The notes beneath the pieces were generated by a model. That model saw nothing but the letters and a program-made list of their open reading frames with translations. It ran no database searches and was not told the DNA's origin. A stretch of 64,000 nt of DNA from NCBI RefSeq assembly GCF_030028105.1, contig NC_092391.1:44489223-44553222 (forward strand), read 5' to 3'. Position numbers and translations under genes: made by a program. This stretch comes from Mobula birostris. Taxonomy: Eukaryota. Within the stretch, counting starts at the first letter, position 1. Every line of letters begins with the position of its first letter. Shown in pieces: positions 13,433-24,945 of this stretch.

Positions 13433-15829
13433 CTTCTTTCTGGTGGAGCCACTCTTAGATAAACAGGATCTCTCCAACGACAGGTAGCCTCCTATCACCT
13501 GAATATCTTCAGCAGCTGGGTAACGCTTCTTTAATAATGCCCCCAGTTTGGCAAGCTCCTCAGTTGGCTGCACATCATGAGAGGTCTCACTCTTATGGGC
13601 AGGAGCTTCCTGGCTACCGTTTGCCGGCTTTCGCTGAGGAACAACGGTGAAGGTATTTCCACTCTTCCGTTGCATAAAGGGGTGGTGTAACCCACCAAAG
13701 GATTCACTGGGAGACTTGTCCTTCTTTACAGATGGCTTTGCAAAGGCTGATTGTTTCAAGGTTTCTTCCGTAGCTAAAATATCATCTATGTTAGTGACAG
13801 GGAGGTCACCTTTTCTGATCAGTATTACACCAGATTCAGCTTTCTGCTCTGCTTCTGACAACTCGGTGGGCAATATGCTTGATGTTCCTTCACTGGATGA
13901 AAGCTGGGCATTCATGTGCGTGGAATACACATCATAACTACCTTTTGATTTAGGTTTGTTCAAGGTCTCTTTCATCTCAAAATCTGCTTTGGGAAGAGGA
14001 GCTTCTTCATCAGATAGGTCTCCTTTTCTTTCATCGTTTTCCTCTGAGTCACTTGAACTTCTGTCTGTTTGAATCACAGTGGGCGCAGAAGCATTAATGC
14101 CAGGTTTTGGCTTTTCATCAGATTTATTGCTCACTTCCCCGGAACCACAAATATCCCTGGATGCTACAGAGGCATCTGCTCTTTTCTTTGGAATCACAAA
14201 AAATGAGTTCTTGGATTGCTTCTTAAGATTTGCCAACGCTCTTGCTTGGATATCATCCTCTGGAATGGACGCGACATCTGGCGGGGTGGCAGGAACAATC
14301 TCAAAGGAGTTGTTGAGACTCATGGAAGCAGACACGCCATTGCATAGGTTTGGAGTGGTTTTGGCCGCACCTTCCACTTTCCCCAGAGGAGTGGGATTCT
14401 TAGGCAGAGGGGTACGACAAACCTCAGCCACAGTTCGTGAGGGTTCAGGGCACGATTTGGGAGATTTTCCTGAATCCACTTCGCATTTTGGCCCCCATTT
14501 ATCAGTTCCTTTCGAGACTTCCACACCGGATGCTTTAAGAGGAGTGGGCACCCGGCCATTCCCAACATCACTTGCATTTGCCCAATTTTGCTGCCCTGTC
14601 TTCCCATCCTTCACTGAGGTCACATGGTTCCCCACAAAATCAACTTCAGGAAGACCATTCTCTATTACCTTATTTCCCTTGTTGGTGCAATCTTTCACAC
14701 CGTTCTCATTACTCCTCTGTGAAGGGGATTTCCAAGGGAGCAAATCCTTCTGCCATCCATCACTGTGCAAGCCTTCAAACTGCTTACGATAAGACGACAC
14801 AGAGAAAGGTCTGTCTGCAGAAATGCTGGTACCTTGATCCTTTAAGGCAACGTGGGAAAACGAAGACGTAGTGCCTGGAGACGGGGAGGAAGGGTGCCTC
14901 TTGGGGGATGACAATGGGAGTGATTTCGAAAGAGGGGGAGACACGCTGCTCACGACAGGACCAGGCGACCGCCCAGCCTCCGAGAGCGAGCTGCCCCAGG
15001 ATCTAGCCTGGGCATCCGACCGCGCTGGACCTTGGTTGTGTTTGGAGAGGACCAGGGGTTTTGGCATCACGGATGGCTTGCTCTGTCCGTCCTTGGCGGA
15101 TAATCCGTCCAGCAGATTATCCGTGCTCCTCGACCGGGCTGGCTTCACGTAGTTTTGGTCAAACTTCTCGAGCAAACGGCTGACTTTGCCGTGCAGGTGT
15201 CCCGAGCCGGCCTCCTCGGTGGCCAGGGTGCTCAGATTCTCCTCGCTGCGGCTCAACGGCGTCTCGTAGACGAACACTTCGTCGGCTCGGATCTCGGCCA
15301 CGCCGACCTCGCCGTCCCGCGGTAACAGCTCGCTCAAGCTGCCGACGCGAAGCGAGTCGCCGTGCCTGGGGCTGGCCTCGGCGAAGTAGTCGGGGTCGGA
15401 CTCGATGATGATGATGTTGTCGGCCCGGATGGTACGGACGCCCGGGATGTGGCTGTACAGCTCCAGGAGCCGCGGCACCGAGCGGCCTGAAGTCGGGGCC
15501 GCGCCGCCACCCGGCTCCCGGTCGCCCAGCTGCCGCTGCCACCTCTCCCGCTTGATGAACGGGTTTTCCTGGACCGGAGCGATGCTCTCCAGCAGCACGG
15601 AGCTGCCGTCCTCCGTCTGCTCCAGCGGCGGCTTTGACCCACGGCCGGCGTTCGGGCTCTGCGCCCAGCCGCCGGCAGCTGAGGCTCGGGCTCGGTCCCG
15701 GTCCGCCGCCTGCTTGGCCTTCCGTCGCTCCAGAATCTCCCTCTTCCACGCCGGCATCCTAGCCATGGCCTGGGCGTCCAGAACCGGCTCCTGGGCGCGG
15801 GGCGGTAGCCTCTGCTCGCTCACTGACAT
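13433..15829 (-). CDS. TPRN: Taperin, first coding exon (~799 codons; phostensin/taperin family, PP1-associated stereocilia protein)
   Basis: N-terminal PAWKREILERRKAK and ENPFIKRE; IPGVRTIRADNIIIIE; C-terminal RKSGNTFTVVP and KKRYPAAEDIQVIGGYLSLERSCLSKSGSTRKK. A phase-0 donor (AAG|GTAGGC) follows at 13432. First in-frame ATG is 15829; an alternative strong-Kozak ATG (GCCATGG) is at 15766. Neighbours TMEM203 and NDOR1 as in human. Confidence 0.93.
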
Positions 15830-16060
15830 CCCGACCGCTCGCTCGCCCTCACCGCGCCGACTGACTGGCCAGCCCGGAACCTCTGACTCCGGCTCCCCCT
15901 TCCTCCACCATCCCGCCGGCCACCGCGCCTCGGCCCCCGACACGCCCCCGTCTCCATGGCGCCCACAAACACAATCACGGGGAGCGGGGTCCGGGAGTAG
16001 CCCCGCTGCGCCACCTGCCGGGAGACGACGGCATGTTTCCAAGCCAGCCCGGGACAACTT
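14930..16060. promoter_or_regulatory. CpG island over the TPRN 5' end
   Basis: Sharp rise in GC and CpG density covering the 5' region and first ~900 nt of CDS; an ETS-type cacttccggt site lies at 16241-16250. Confidence 0.8.
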
Positions 16061-16939
16061 TTCTCCCGCTTTGTCAAACCAGTGTTAGTTTCCTCCGAAC
16101 TTCAACTGTTCCTCCGGAGTAGTTTGCAGGACTTATTTATTAACATAAGTAAGTCATATTAACATTAGCTAATACAGGAAAGTGGGGATGAGGTAAAAAC
16201 GTCTTATTTTATACTGAAGTAGGAAGGTTGGACAGATGATCACTTCCGGTTTTGTTGTTACTTTATTATTCTTCTCCTTTACCATTTCTGTTTCTATGTT
16301 TATCTGTAACCCTACAGGCAGATAAACGTTATCATTTATGTACGGTCGGCTCATAGCCAAAGCCATTCTTAATTGCACCGAAGAAGTTCGTGAGAGGGAC
16401 AATGAAGATTGCGCTGTTGGATTGGATTCCTCAGCATTTAATCCAGCAGTGGAAGGGGAATCGAGATCAGGATGCTGAGTAAATAAGGTAAAACACTGCC
16501 CATACAGGAAATCTGGTGTAAAACAGTACATGTGTTGACAGAAATGTAATCAGGTAGGACTGGGATGTGCCCTCATAATCATTCAAAAATATGTGCATAG
16601 AAATGCCTGTGCACTTTGTCCTCAATAGCACTGAACAAGATAATACTCCTCCAAAAGCCAGGAAACGTAGCACCCTCTGCATGCCTGCCCTGCCATTAAT
16701 CTAAAGCACCCATTGCTCCCTGCATTCATTTTTGCACACCACATTCAACCACGCCTTGTCCTCCAACTTGATCCTTCTAATAGGCAGACATACTGGCCTG
16801 TGAGGGTTCTGGCCGCAGATGCTGGAAATCTGAAATTAAAAAAACAGAAAATGCTCTCAACACTCAGCAGGTCAGCCAGCACCTGTGGAAAGAGAAACGA
16901 TATTAATATTTCTGGTCGGGGACACCTCCTCAGTGACGA

Positions 16940-17925
16940 TGAGGTGCAGAACAGGTTTACCAGGATGCTGCCTGGATGAGAAGGCATGTGCCGTAATGAC
17001 AGGTCGCACAAAGTTGGATTGTTTTCTTTAGAATGGTGGAGTCAGAAGGGAGATCTGATTGAAGTTTATAAGATTTACAAGAAGCATAGATAGAGTAGAC
17101 AGCTGGTATATTTTTACCCAGGGCTAATATGTCTAATACCGGAGGCCATGTACATAAGGTGAGAGGGGGTAGGTTCAAAGGAGATGAGGGGCCTCCTCTA
17201 CTGTCGAGATGAAGCTACACTCAGGTTGGAGGAACAACACCTTATATTCTATCTGGGCAGCCTCCAACCTGATGGCATGAATATTGACTTCTCAAACTTC
17301 CGCTAATGCCCCACCTCCCCCTCGTACCCCATCCGTTATTTATTTATTATTATTATTATTAATTATTATTTTTCTCTCTCTCTCTCTCCTTTTTCTCCCT
17401 CTGTCCCTCTGACTATACCCCTTGCCCATCCACTGGGCTCTCCTCCCCCTTTCTTTCTCCCTAGGCCTCCCATCCCATGATCCTCTCATATCCCTTTTGC
17501 CAATCAACTGTCCAGCTCTTGGCTCCATCCCTCCCCCTCCTGTCTTCTCCTATCATTTCAGATCTCCCCCTCCCACTTTCAAATCTCTTACTAGCTCTTC
17601 CTTCAGTTAGTCCTGACGAAGGGTCTCGGCCCAAAACGTCAACTGTACCTCTTCCTAGAGATGCAGCCTGGCCTGCTGCGCTCCACCAGCATTTTGTGTG
17701 TGTGTTGCTCAAAGGAGATGAGTTTTTTTTTGACGCGTAGAGTCTGGATTGCACTGCCGGGGGTTGGTGGAGGCATTCAAGCAGCTCTTGGATAGGGTCA
17801 TAAATGTGCAGAAAATGGAAGGAAGTGGACTTTGTGTCGGCAGAAGGGACTAGTTTATCTGGACAGTTATTATTAATTTAATTAGCTTGGGCCAAAAGGC
17901 CTGTTCCTGTGCTGTACTGTTCTAA
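16940..17925 (+). mobile_element. CR1 3' fragment split by a Penelope-like insertion
   Basis: VQNRFTRMLPG...; the CR1 sequence resumes after 17722 and ends in ggcctgttcctgtgctgtactgttcta. Confidence 0.8.
17189..17708 (+). mobile_element. Penelope-like element 3' end (GIY-YIG C-terminus plus pLTR with a mutated hammerhead)
   Basis: Encodes EATLRLEEQHLIFYLGSLQPDGMNIDFSNFR*; flanked by the 14-bp TSD tcaaaggagatgag (17175-17188, 17709-17722); hammerhead-like agtcctgacgaagggtctcggcccaaaacgtc with GAAA changed to AAAA. Confidence 0.8.
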
Positions 17926-18597
17926 TTTCATTATTAATATTGTGGTGTTGACAGCGCCTGATAACGTCCAGCTTTGAACTGCTAGAGTTGGCGTGAACTT
18001 ATCTCATTTAGCACAGTCAGTGTGCCGCACAATACAAGGTTGAGTGTTTTTGTGCAAAGGTAGAACTTGTTTTGCACAAGAATTGTCTGACGGTCACTCC
18101 TACCAACGCTGACTTGGACAGGTTCTTCTATGACAGGAGATGGTTTAGGATGAGGTCGTAGCTTCAACCCTTGCGCTGGTTGTTTCTTCACCTGCCACAC
18201 ATCTAGTCCAGCCGCTAGCTCTTGCTGCTAGTGATGGTGCTACTGAGGCAACCCTGGATAATGAAGTCCACCCCCGCCAAGCAAATTACATTCTGTACAT
18301 TTCTTGAGCTTCCTGCATCATTGTTCTTCCTAGTAGAAAGCAAATGACAATTAGTGCTTCAGCAATGGGAGATTTCAAACTTACGGCAAAACACTCCCAG
18401 AAAGCACTCTCCCCTACCATTGAGTCATCTCATCGGGTGGGTCAGTGATCATGGTACGAGGGATCAAGAAACTAAAAACTGCGGGTGTCAGAGATTTGAA
18501 AATAAAAAGAGAAGATACCAGAAACACTTAGCAAGTCAGGCTACATTTGGTACGCTGCCTGGTATGGTGCTGGAGGCAAATACACCAAAGGCTCTTA

Positions 18598-18705
18598 CAT
18601 AGTCAATGTCCTGCTGAAGGGTCTCAGCCCGAAACGCTGACCGTTTACTCTTTTCCACAGATGCTGCCTGGCCAGCTGAGTTCCTCCGGCATTTTATGTG
18701 TGTTG
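18598..18705 (+). mobile_element. Short Penelope-derived insertion inside a CR1 tail
   Basis: TSD caaaggctctta / caaaggctttta (18586-18597, 18706-18717); degenerate hammerhead gtcctgctgaagggtctcagcccgaaacgctgac. Confidence 0.75.
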
Positions 18706-20291
18706 CAAAGGCTTTTAAGAGACACTTAGATTGGCACATGGATGTGATGAAGATGGAGGGATATGGACATGGTGTAGGTAGGAGGGATTAGTGTTTGGGT
18801 GTTTTTGATTTGCTTTTTAGCTGGTTCACCCACAACATTGTGGAGCAAATGGCCTGTTCCTGGGTTGTACTCTTCTAAGTTCAATGTGCAGAGAGGAAAA
18901 TGGAACTAACTCTTCAGGTGAATGACCTCTCAGAACCCTGTCTAAAGATCATCGACCTGCTGCTCCTCTCACCACAGGTGCTGCCTGACCTGCTGAGTAG
19001 TCCTAGCTTTTTCTCTCCTCATTGTGATCCAAGACTTTTATGTTGGCTGGAGCGCTGTCTCTACGACTTTGTAAGTTTGATACAGAAAATCCATCAAATG
19101 CCAGGTGCTGAAAATCTGAAAATTTAAAAAAAGAGAGAACGTGGTGGAAACATTCCACACTGCCGGTAGTATTTGTGGAGAAGATAAAACAGAGTTAAGG
19201 TTCCAGTGAAAAATTCTTCAAAATAACTAGTAAAATGAGAAATCGAGTTGGTGTTGATTTGCAGAGAGGGTGTGTGTGGGGGGGGGGGGAGGGGATGTTA
19301 GGACAAGGGCTTATCTCCAAAATGGTGTGTCCAGGGCTGCTGAGGTGATTCTGACGACGAGTCTCCACCTGAGTCGTTGGCTCTATTTGCCTTCCCATGG
19401 GTACAGCCTAACCTGTCGCGTATTTCCAACATCCTTTATTTTTGTTTTAGATCTGCAGCATCTGCAGTTGTGCTGGGGTTTTCGCTTACTGAGCTGGTCC
19501 CGCTGTTCACCGAGCCGTCACGGTGCTTTATTAAAAATCCAGAGAGACACCAGTAACGTGATGCGCTTCCAGCGTTTATGTTTTCTATTTCAGAGTGCTG
19601 CTTGAGGAACAACTTCAATACGAGACCCCAAGCGTTCATGGGAGGGACCTTGCCGGTTTGAGTGCATTTTCCACACGGAGGCGTGGAGTCTGTGGCGGGA
19701 ACACGGGCAGCAGGGAGTGCCTGGGGGTTGGAGGGGCAGGGAAAGTAAAATTGCGACAGCCACCCAGTACATCAACAATGACGTGGGGTGCCGCCGGGGA
19801 GAGGCAGTTGGTGAGCGATAAGAAAGTGAGAGGAGGAAGATCTAGTCCCACTGCAGACTATTAGTCACCATGCTGGATACACAAGTCAAAGCCGGTTTTG
19901 TTTAAGTTGTGAGGTGACACAATGTGGCTGGCTGATCTGCAGCTACAGCAGTTAAATGCCAGTCACACAGCTGTGGGTCTGAAATCACGTCTGTATACAG
20001 ACTGGATGATGATAGCATATTTCCTTCCCTAAATGATGCCAGTGAAACAGACTGGTTCCAGCCTCTATTACTGACGCAGCCTTTTCTTTAACAGAAGCCC
20101 AACTGCCGTGGCAGGACTCAGACCATGAATCTGTACTCTAGATTACTGACGGAGTAATCCAGTGGCATGGCCAATATTCTACAATTGTCGTAGATCTTCT
20201 TGCACAGACCTTCTCATCTCTCAGCAGCTCACCGTCCCTGAGATCCATTAAACAGTCTTGCGGTTCTGCTGCTGGTGGTCTTTCCGCCAGC

Positions 20292-20376
20292 CCTCCTCAG
20301 CCCCACTCCAGTGCCCGCACTCCCACCACAAGCTCCTCAGCCCCACTCCGGTGCCTGCATGCCCATCACAAGCTCC
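20292..20376. repeat. ~40-bp tandem duplication
   Basis: ctcctcagccccactcc(a/g)gtgcc..cacaag occurs twice. Confidence 0.75.
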
Positions 20377-20519
20377 TTGCCTGCTCGTCTCTCGGTCCAG
20401 GTCAACAGAGCAAGCCTGGCAAAGGAGGGCTGAAGGCAGCCACAGCAGCCCAGAAGAGAAGGCGCCTGAAAGGACACTGGACGCCAGAAATTACGACAGG
20501 CTTTTGTTTCTGTACCTTC

Positions 20520-21350
20520 ACTCTTTCAAAGGTTCAAAGTACATTTATTGGCAAAGTATGTACAACCATGAGATTCGTCTTCCCAGACACAGCCACGAAA
20601 CAAAGAAAACAATGGAACCCATTCAAAGAGACACACCAACGCTCCCTCACACAAACAAAAACACATCACGCAAACAGCAACAAAAAAAAAGACAAATGAA
20701 AAATACAGAATGTAAAGCACAAGAGTCCTGATATACTCAGTTCAGCTCTGTGTTGGTTATCCGCAGGCTGCCTCGGTTCAAAGTCGTCCAAAATAGCAAC
20801 CAAAAAAGGAGCGACCAGGAAGCAAAAAAACATAACATGAACTGCAGAGCCCGATCCACAGACCGTGTCAATTAAACCCTACCCAAGACCCCAGACTCCG
20901 GCACCATCTACCGACAGCATTGAGGGAGAGAGAGACTATTCGAACACAGGGACTTTCCCTTGGGGAGAGAGACAGGGACCGTCACACGCAGGCACCCTCC
21001 GCTGGCAGCGGTGAGCGAGAGGCTGATAGACGGCGCTGAACGCCGGCTTGCCCTCCGCACTTTCCAAAATTCCTTGGAGCTTTAATTGCCGAGATCGTAG
21101 AGAAGTGGAGTCGATCACGGGCTCACTCCTGTCTCCAGGCTTCTCGGAGCTTTAGTCGTCGAGGTCGTAGGGAAATGGAGTCGATCCCTACCGTCTCCAG
21201 GCTTCTCAATCTCAAGGTCACTCACTTTGCTCAAAGCAAAGCACCAGATCACTCAATAGATCACCAAAATGCCGATCACAGACTCCAACATTTGAAAGAA
21301 AAAAAAAGACAACAATAAGAAATTATAAAGATTTGTCTTTCAGGCTCTGA
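20520..21350 (-). mobile_element. Unclassified interspersed repeat (non-LTR-type 3' tail)
   Basis: Tail ttcaaaggttcaaagtacatttatt; internal ~65-70 bp tandem duplication at 21076-21207; 20941-21065 recurs inverted at 23640-23765. Confidence 0.55.
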
Positions 21351-21485
21351 AGAAAATGCTCCGACCATGGCCATATCTATCTTCTTGATGGGATGATTAA
21401 CTGCCAGAATGCAAAAGAGCTTGCAACACACATCAAAGTTGCTGGTGAACGCAGCAGGCCAGGCAGCATCTCTAGGAAGAGGTAC

Positions 21486-21521
21486 AGTCGACGTTTCAGG
21501 CCGAGACCCTTCGTCAGGACT
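21486..21521 (-). ncRNA. Minimal type I hammerhead ribozyme motif (Penelope pLTR)
   Basis: Reverse complement reads AGUC CUGACGA AGG gucucgg CCU GAAAC GUC GACU: intact core, stem I AGUC/GACU, stem II AGG/CCU, palindromic ACGU stem III. Confidence 0.7.
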
Positions 21522-21919
21522 AACTGAAAGAAGAGCTAGTAAGAGATTTGAAAGTGGGAGGGGGAGGGGGAGATCCAAAATGATAGGAGAAGACAGGAGG
21601 GGGAGGGATGGAGCCAAGAGCTGGACAGGTGATTGGCAAAGGGAATATGAGAGGATCATGGGACAGGAGGCCTAGGGAGAAAGACAAAGGTGGGGGGGGA
21701 ACCCAGAGGATGGGCAAGGGGTATAGTCAGAGGGACAGAGGGAGAAAAAGGAGAGTGAGAGAAAGAATGTATGTATATAAATAAATAACGGATGGGCTAC
21801 GAGAGGGAGGTGGAGCATTAGCGGAAGTTAGAGAAGTCGATGTTCATGCCATCAGGTTGGATCTCCTCCTCCCCCTCCCCCTCCCACTTTCAAATCTCTT
21901 ACTAACTCTTCCTTCAGTT

Positions 21920-21955
21920 AGTCCTGACGAAGGGTCTCGGCCTGAAACGTCGACT
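21920..21955 (+). ncRNA. Minimal type I hammerhead ribozyme motif (Penelope pLTR)
   Basis: agtc ctgacga agg gtctcgg cct gaaac gtc gact: CUGANGA and GAAA boxes, GUC cleavage triplet, paired stems I and II. Confidence 0.7.
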
Positions 21956-24239
21956 GTATCTCTTCCTAGAGATGCTGCCTGGCCTGCTGCGTTCACCAGC
22001 AACTTTGATGTGTGTTGTTTGAATTTCCAGCATCTGCAGAATTCCTGTTGTATGCAAAAGGGCTTGATGGGTTCCCACAACTCTGGAACAGGCATCAATA
22101 ATCACAGTCACAAGTAACAGTAGTTTGTCAATATAGAATTCAGAGCCATAGTATGGACTTCTACACACCAGGGCTGTGCACAGCAGGAGCTGTACCCCGC
22201 AACTCAATTTGAGGGATGAATGCCATTCCTTATCCAAAATAAAAACAAAAAAAAAGCTAGAAAAGCACCACAGGTCATATAGTGTCTGTGTTATATCTGA
22301 AACTCTTCATCAAAACCGAACTTTGATGGTGTCTCGGACTTGAATTATTAACTGTTTCTCTTCTCATGGATGCTGACTGGCCTGCTGAGGTTTTCCAGCG
22401 TTTTCTGTTTTTAATTCAGATATCCAGGATTTTTCTCTTTTTTTGATTTTCATTTCTTATCCAAAGGCTTGCCCTGGGACATCAGTTGGAAACCAGCAGT
22501 TACAGAGTGTGACTTGCAAGGAGTGTCACCTGCCTCACACAGAAACTGCGATTCAGACTTTGGGTACCGGAGGCTGTGGCTCTGAAACTCTACACACAAA
22601 CACAGAGGTCAGCCCCTGACTGGTATACTCCCTCTGCCATTCGAGGGATGTTAGCAGCAAAAGGAGATGTACAAGGAACTGTTTGATCACAGAGGCAAGT
22701 GTAAGAGGTAATGTGCAAGGGGAAAGAGAGTGAGCGGGAGAAAGAGATTCAGGGAGCACATTCTAGAAATCAGAGTTTTGTCAACTTAAGGTAAGTCTAC
22801 CAGCAATGGAATTGGAATTGGTGTATTATTGTCACATGTACTAAGATACAGAGAAAAGCTGTTCGTACAGATCAAATCAGTGCATTGTGTATTGAGGTAG
22901 GACAAAGAAAAACAGAACGTGTTCATGCTTCAGTTAGGGTCATTGCCAGAAATGGAGTGAGCGATTTGGAAAGGAGTTGCTGTGGAAGAGTTTTGATGCC
23001 CGTCTATTTAACCCGGGCGCGAGGCTGGATTCCTCCAAGTGCCGAGCCGATTTGGTGAGGACAAGAACAGTGGCTGGGTGTGTTGTTGCTGTTGCATTCG
23101 GGTCCTGGAATGTGGAACTACCCAGAGCTCGGACGATGTAGACGTCGGCCCAGATAGACTGGAAGCCCAAGGGTCAGGTACAGAGGCAAAGGTAAAGCTG
23201 ACTTTGCTCGCTTTCCCGCGAATGTTCACTTATTTCTCTGCGACACCGAGGCTGTGAACTGATCTGGCTGCCAGGCATTTCTGCCCTGCTGGTGTGATGA
23301 CTGGGGACCAAGGCTTGGCCTGGGCCTACTCCAGCTGCTCTGGGAGTGGATCTGGGATTCAGTCTGGTTTGGAATGCTGTTGGCTTGCTTCAACTGTTTG
23401 CACAGTGTGTTTTTTCCCTCTCCTTCCCTGCACGGTGGTTTTTGGTCTTTCTTTATTGGGTTATCCAGGTCTCTTGCTTTGTGGCTGCCTGTTAGCGGAC
23501 AAATTTCAAGGTGTACATTCTTTTATAATAAACGTGATTTAAATCTTAAATGTTGAATCTTTGAATTACAATGCAAAATAAAGTGCTCTGTAGCACTTCA
23601 CAGCCCGTAACTTGTTATTCAGTGATCAGAGTCTGCTGGCAAAAGTGCAGAGGGCAAGCCAGCATTCAGCACCGTCTGGCAGCCTCTCGCTCACTGCTGC
23701 CAGAGAAGGGTGTCTGCGTGTGATGGTCCCTGTCTCTCTCCCAAAGGAAAATCCCTGTGTTCGAGCTTTTCAAGCTGGCAGAAGCTGGAACTACCTCAGT
23801 CTCCGAAAGAATCCAAGATGAAGCTCAAAGTGGAAGTCTCCAAAGCAGAAGGGAGACAGTCCGTATTCTTTTGTATAAACTCCCTGCGTTCTTGAAATGT
23901 CTTGAGGTGTTTCACAACCAAAGAACCACAGCTGATGTGAGACTACAGTTGACGTGTATCACAGTTGCAAATAAGAAGCATTTTATGTTGGAGGGCTGGA
24001 ATTGACCAAAGAACTTGTTGCTTTGGTCTCAGCTGGGGACATGGAACTTTCTACATCACTTGTACGGCAGACACATAACTTTCTATATCTACAGCAGGTG
24101 GTTTCCTGGCCAAAAAAAAAACATTTGTTGGTATCTCCCACTGTGATGCACTCCTTCAGTTTGGTGGCAGAGTCAGCCTGATGGGGTGTTTGGGTCTAAA
24201 AGAGAGCTTAAGCCTTGGGGTAAGAAATGAAGTGGCCCT

Positions 24240-24945
24240 TAGAGCAAAGAGATTGCATATAGAAGTAGGAAGTCTTGCTGTTACACTGAGAATTGGTGCT
24301 ATCAAACCTGTATACAGCTTTGGTCTTGTTATTTAAAGCAGGAACTAGTTGCATTGGAGGCTGTTCTGAGAAGGTTCACAAGAATCATTCCTCAAATGAA
24401 AGGAGTTTTCTCTACAAGAGGATGAGTAGCCTGAACACTCACTGGACTTTAAAGAGTAAGAGGTGATCTTCTTCCGATAAGGCTCAACAAAGTAGGTGCT
24501 GAGGGATAGACAAACCAAAACTACAGATGCTAGAAACCTAAAAATGCTGGCAACCTTTAACAGGTCAGGCTGCATCCCTGAAATGAGAAATGGGGTTCAT
24601 GGCATGTCTTTGACCTGTTGAGTGTTGAGAGGATGTTTCCCTCGTGGTAGAATCTAGAAGTGGGGCAATAGTTTCAAATTAAATTCTCATCCATTTAAAA
24701 TGGCGTTGAGGAGGAATTTCTCTCAAAGGGTGATGGATCTTTGGAATTATCTACCCTAGAACCATAAAAGCTGAATTGCTCAATATATTCAAAGCAGATC
24801 TGGTCTGATTTTTGGACCATAGTGAGGTTGAGTCTAATGAGGATTAAGCAGAAATGTGGCCATCAGATTCAACCAGACCAGCCATGATCTTATTATGTAG
24901 CAGAGTGGGCTTGAGGACACATAACCTACTCCTGCTCCCATTTCT
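24240..24945 (+). mobile_element. Old CR1 3' remnant
   Basis: gttctgagaaggttcacaaga, gaggtgatctt, gaggaggaatttctctcaaagggtg, tail ctactcctgctcccatttctt. Confidence 0.65.

Larger units (their letters stand above)
21424..22051. mobile_element. Penelope-like insertion with internal inversion (two pLTR ends in opposite orientation)
   Basis: TSD atgcaaaagagcttg / atgcaaaagggcttg (21409-21423, 22052-22066); arm 21424-~21578 is the near-exact reverse complement of ~21857-22017. Confidence 0.85.

Noticed and set aside
15830-16057. 76-aa N-terminal extension of the 878-aa ORF
   Set aside because: It starts at TTG in GC-rich leader sequence; recognisable taperin conservation begins after the ATGs at 15829/15766.
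14079-16088. 237-aa, 227-aa and 196-aa ORFs overlapping TPRN
   Set aside because: Shadow frames of a GC-rich coding exon with no recognisable domain.
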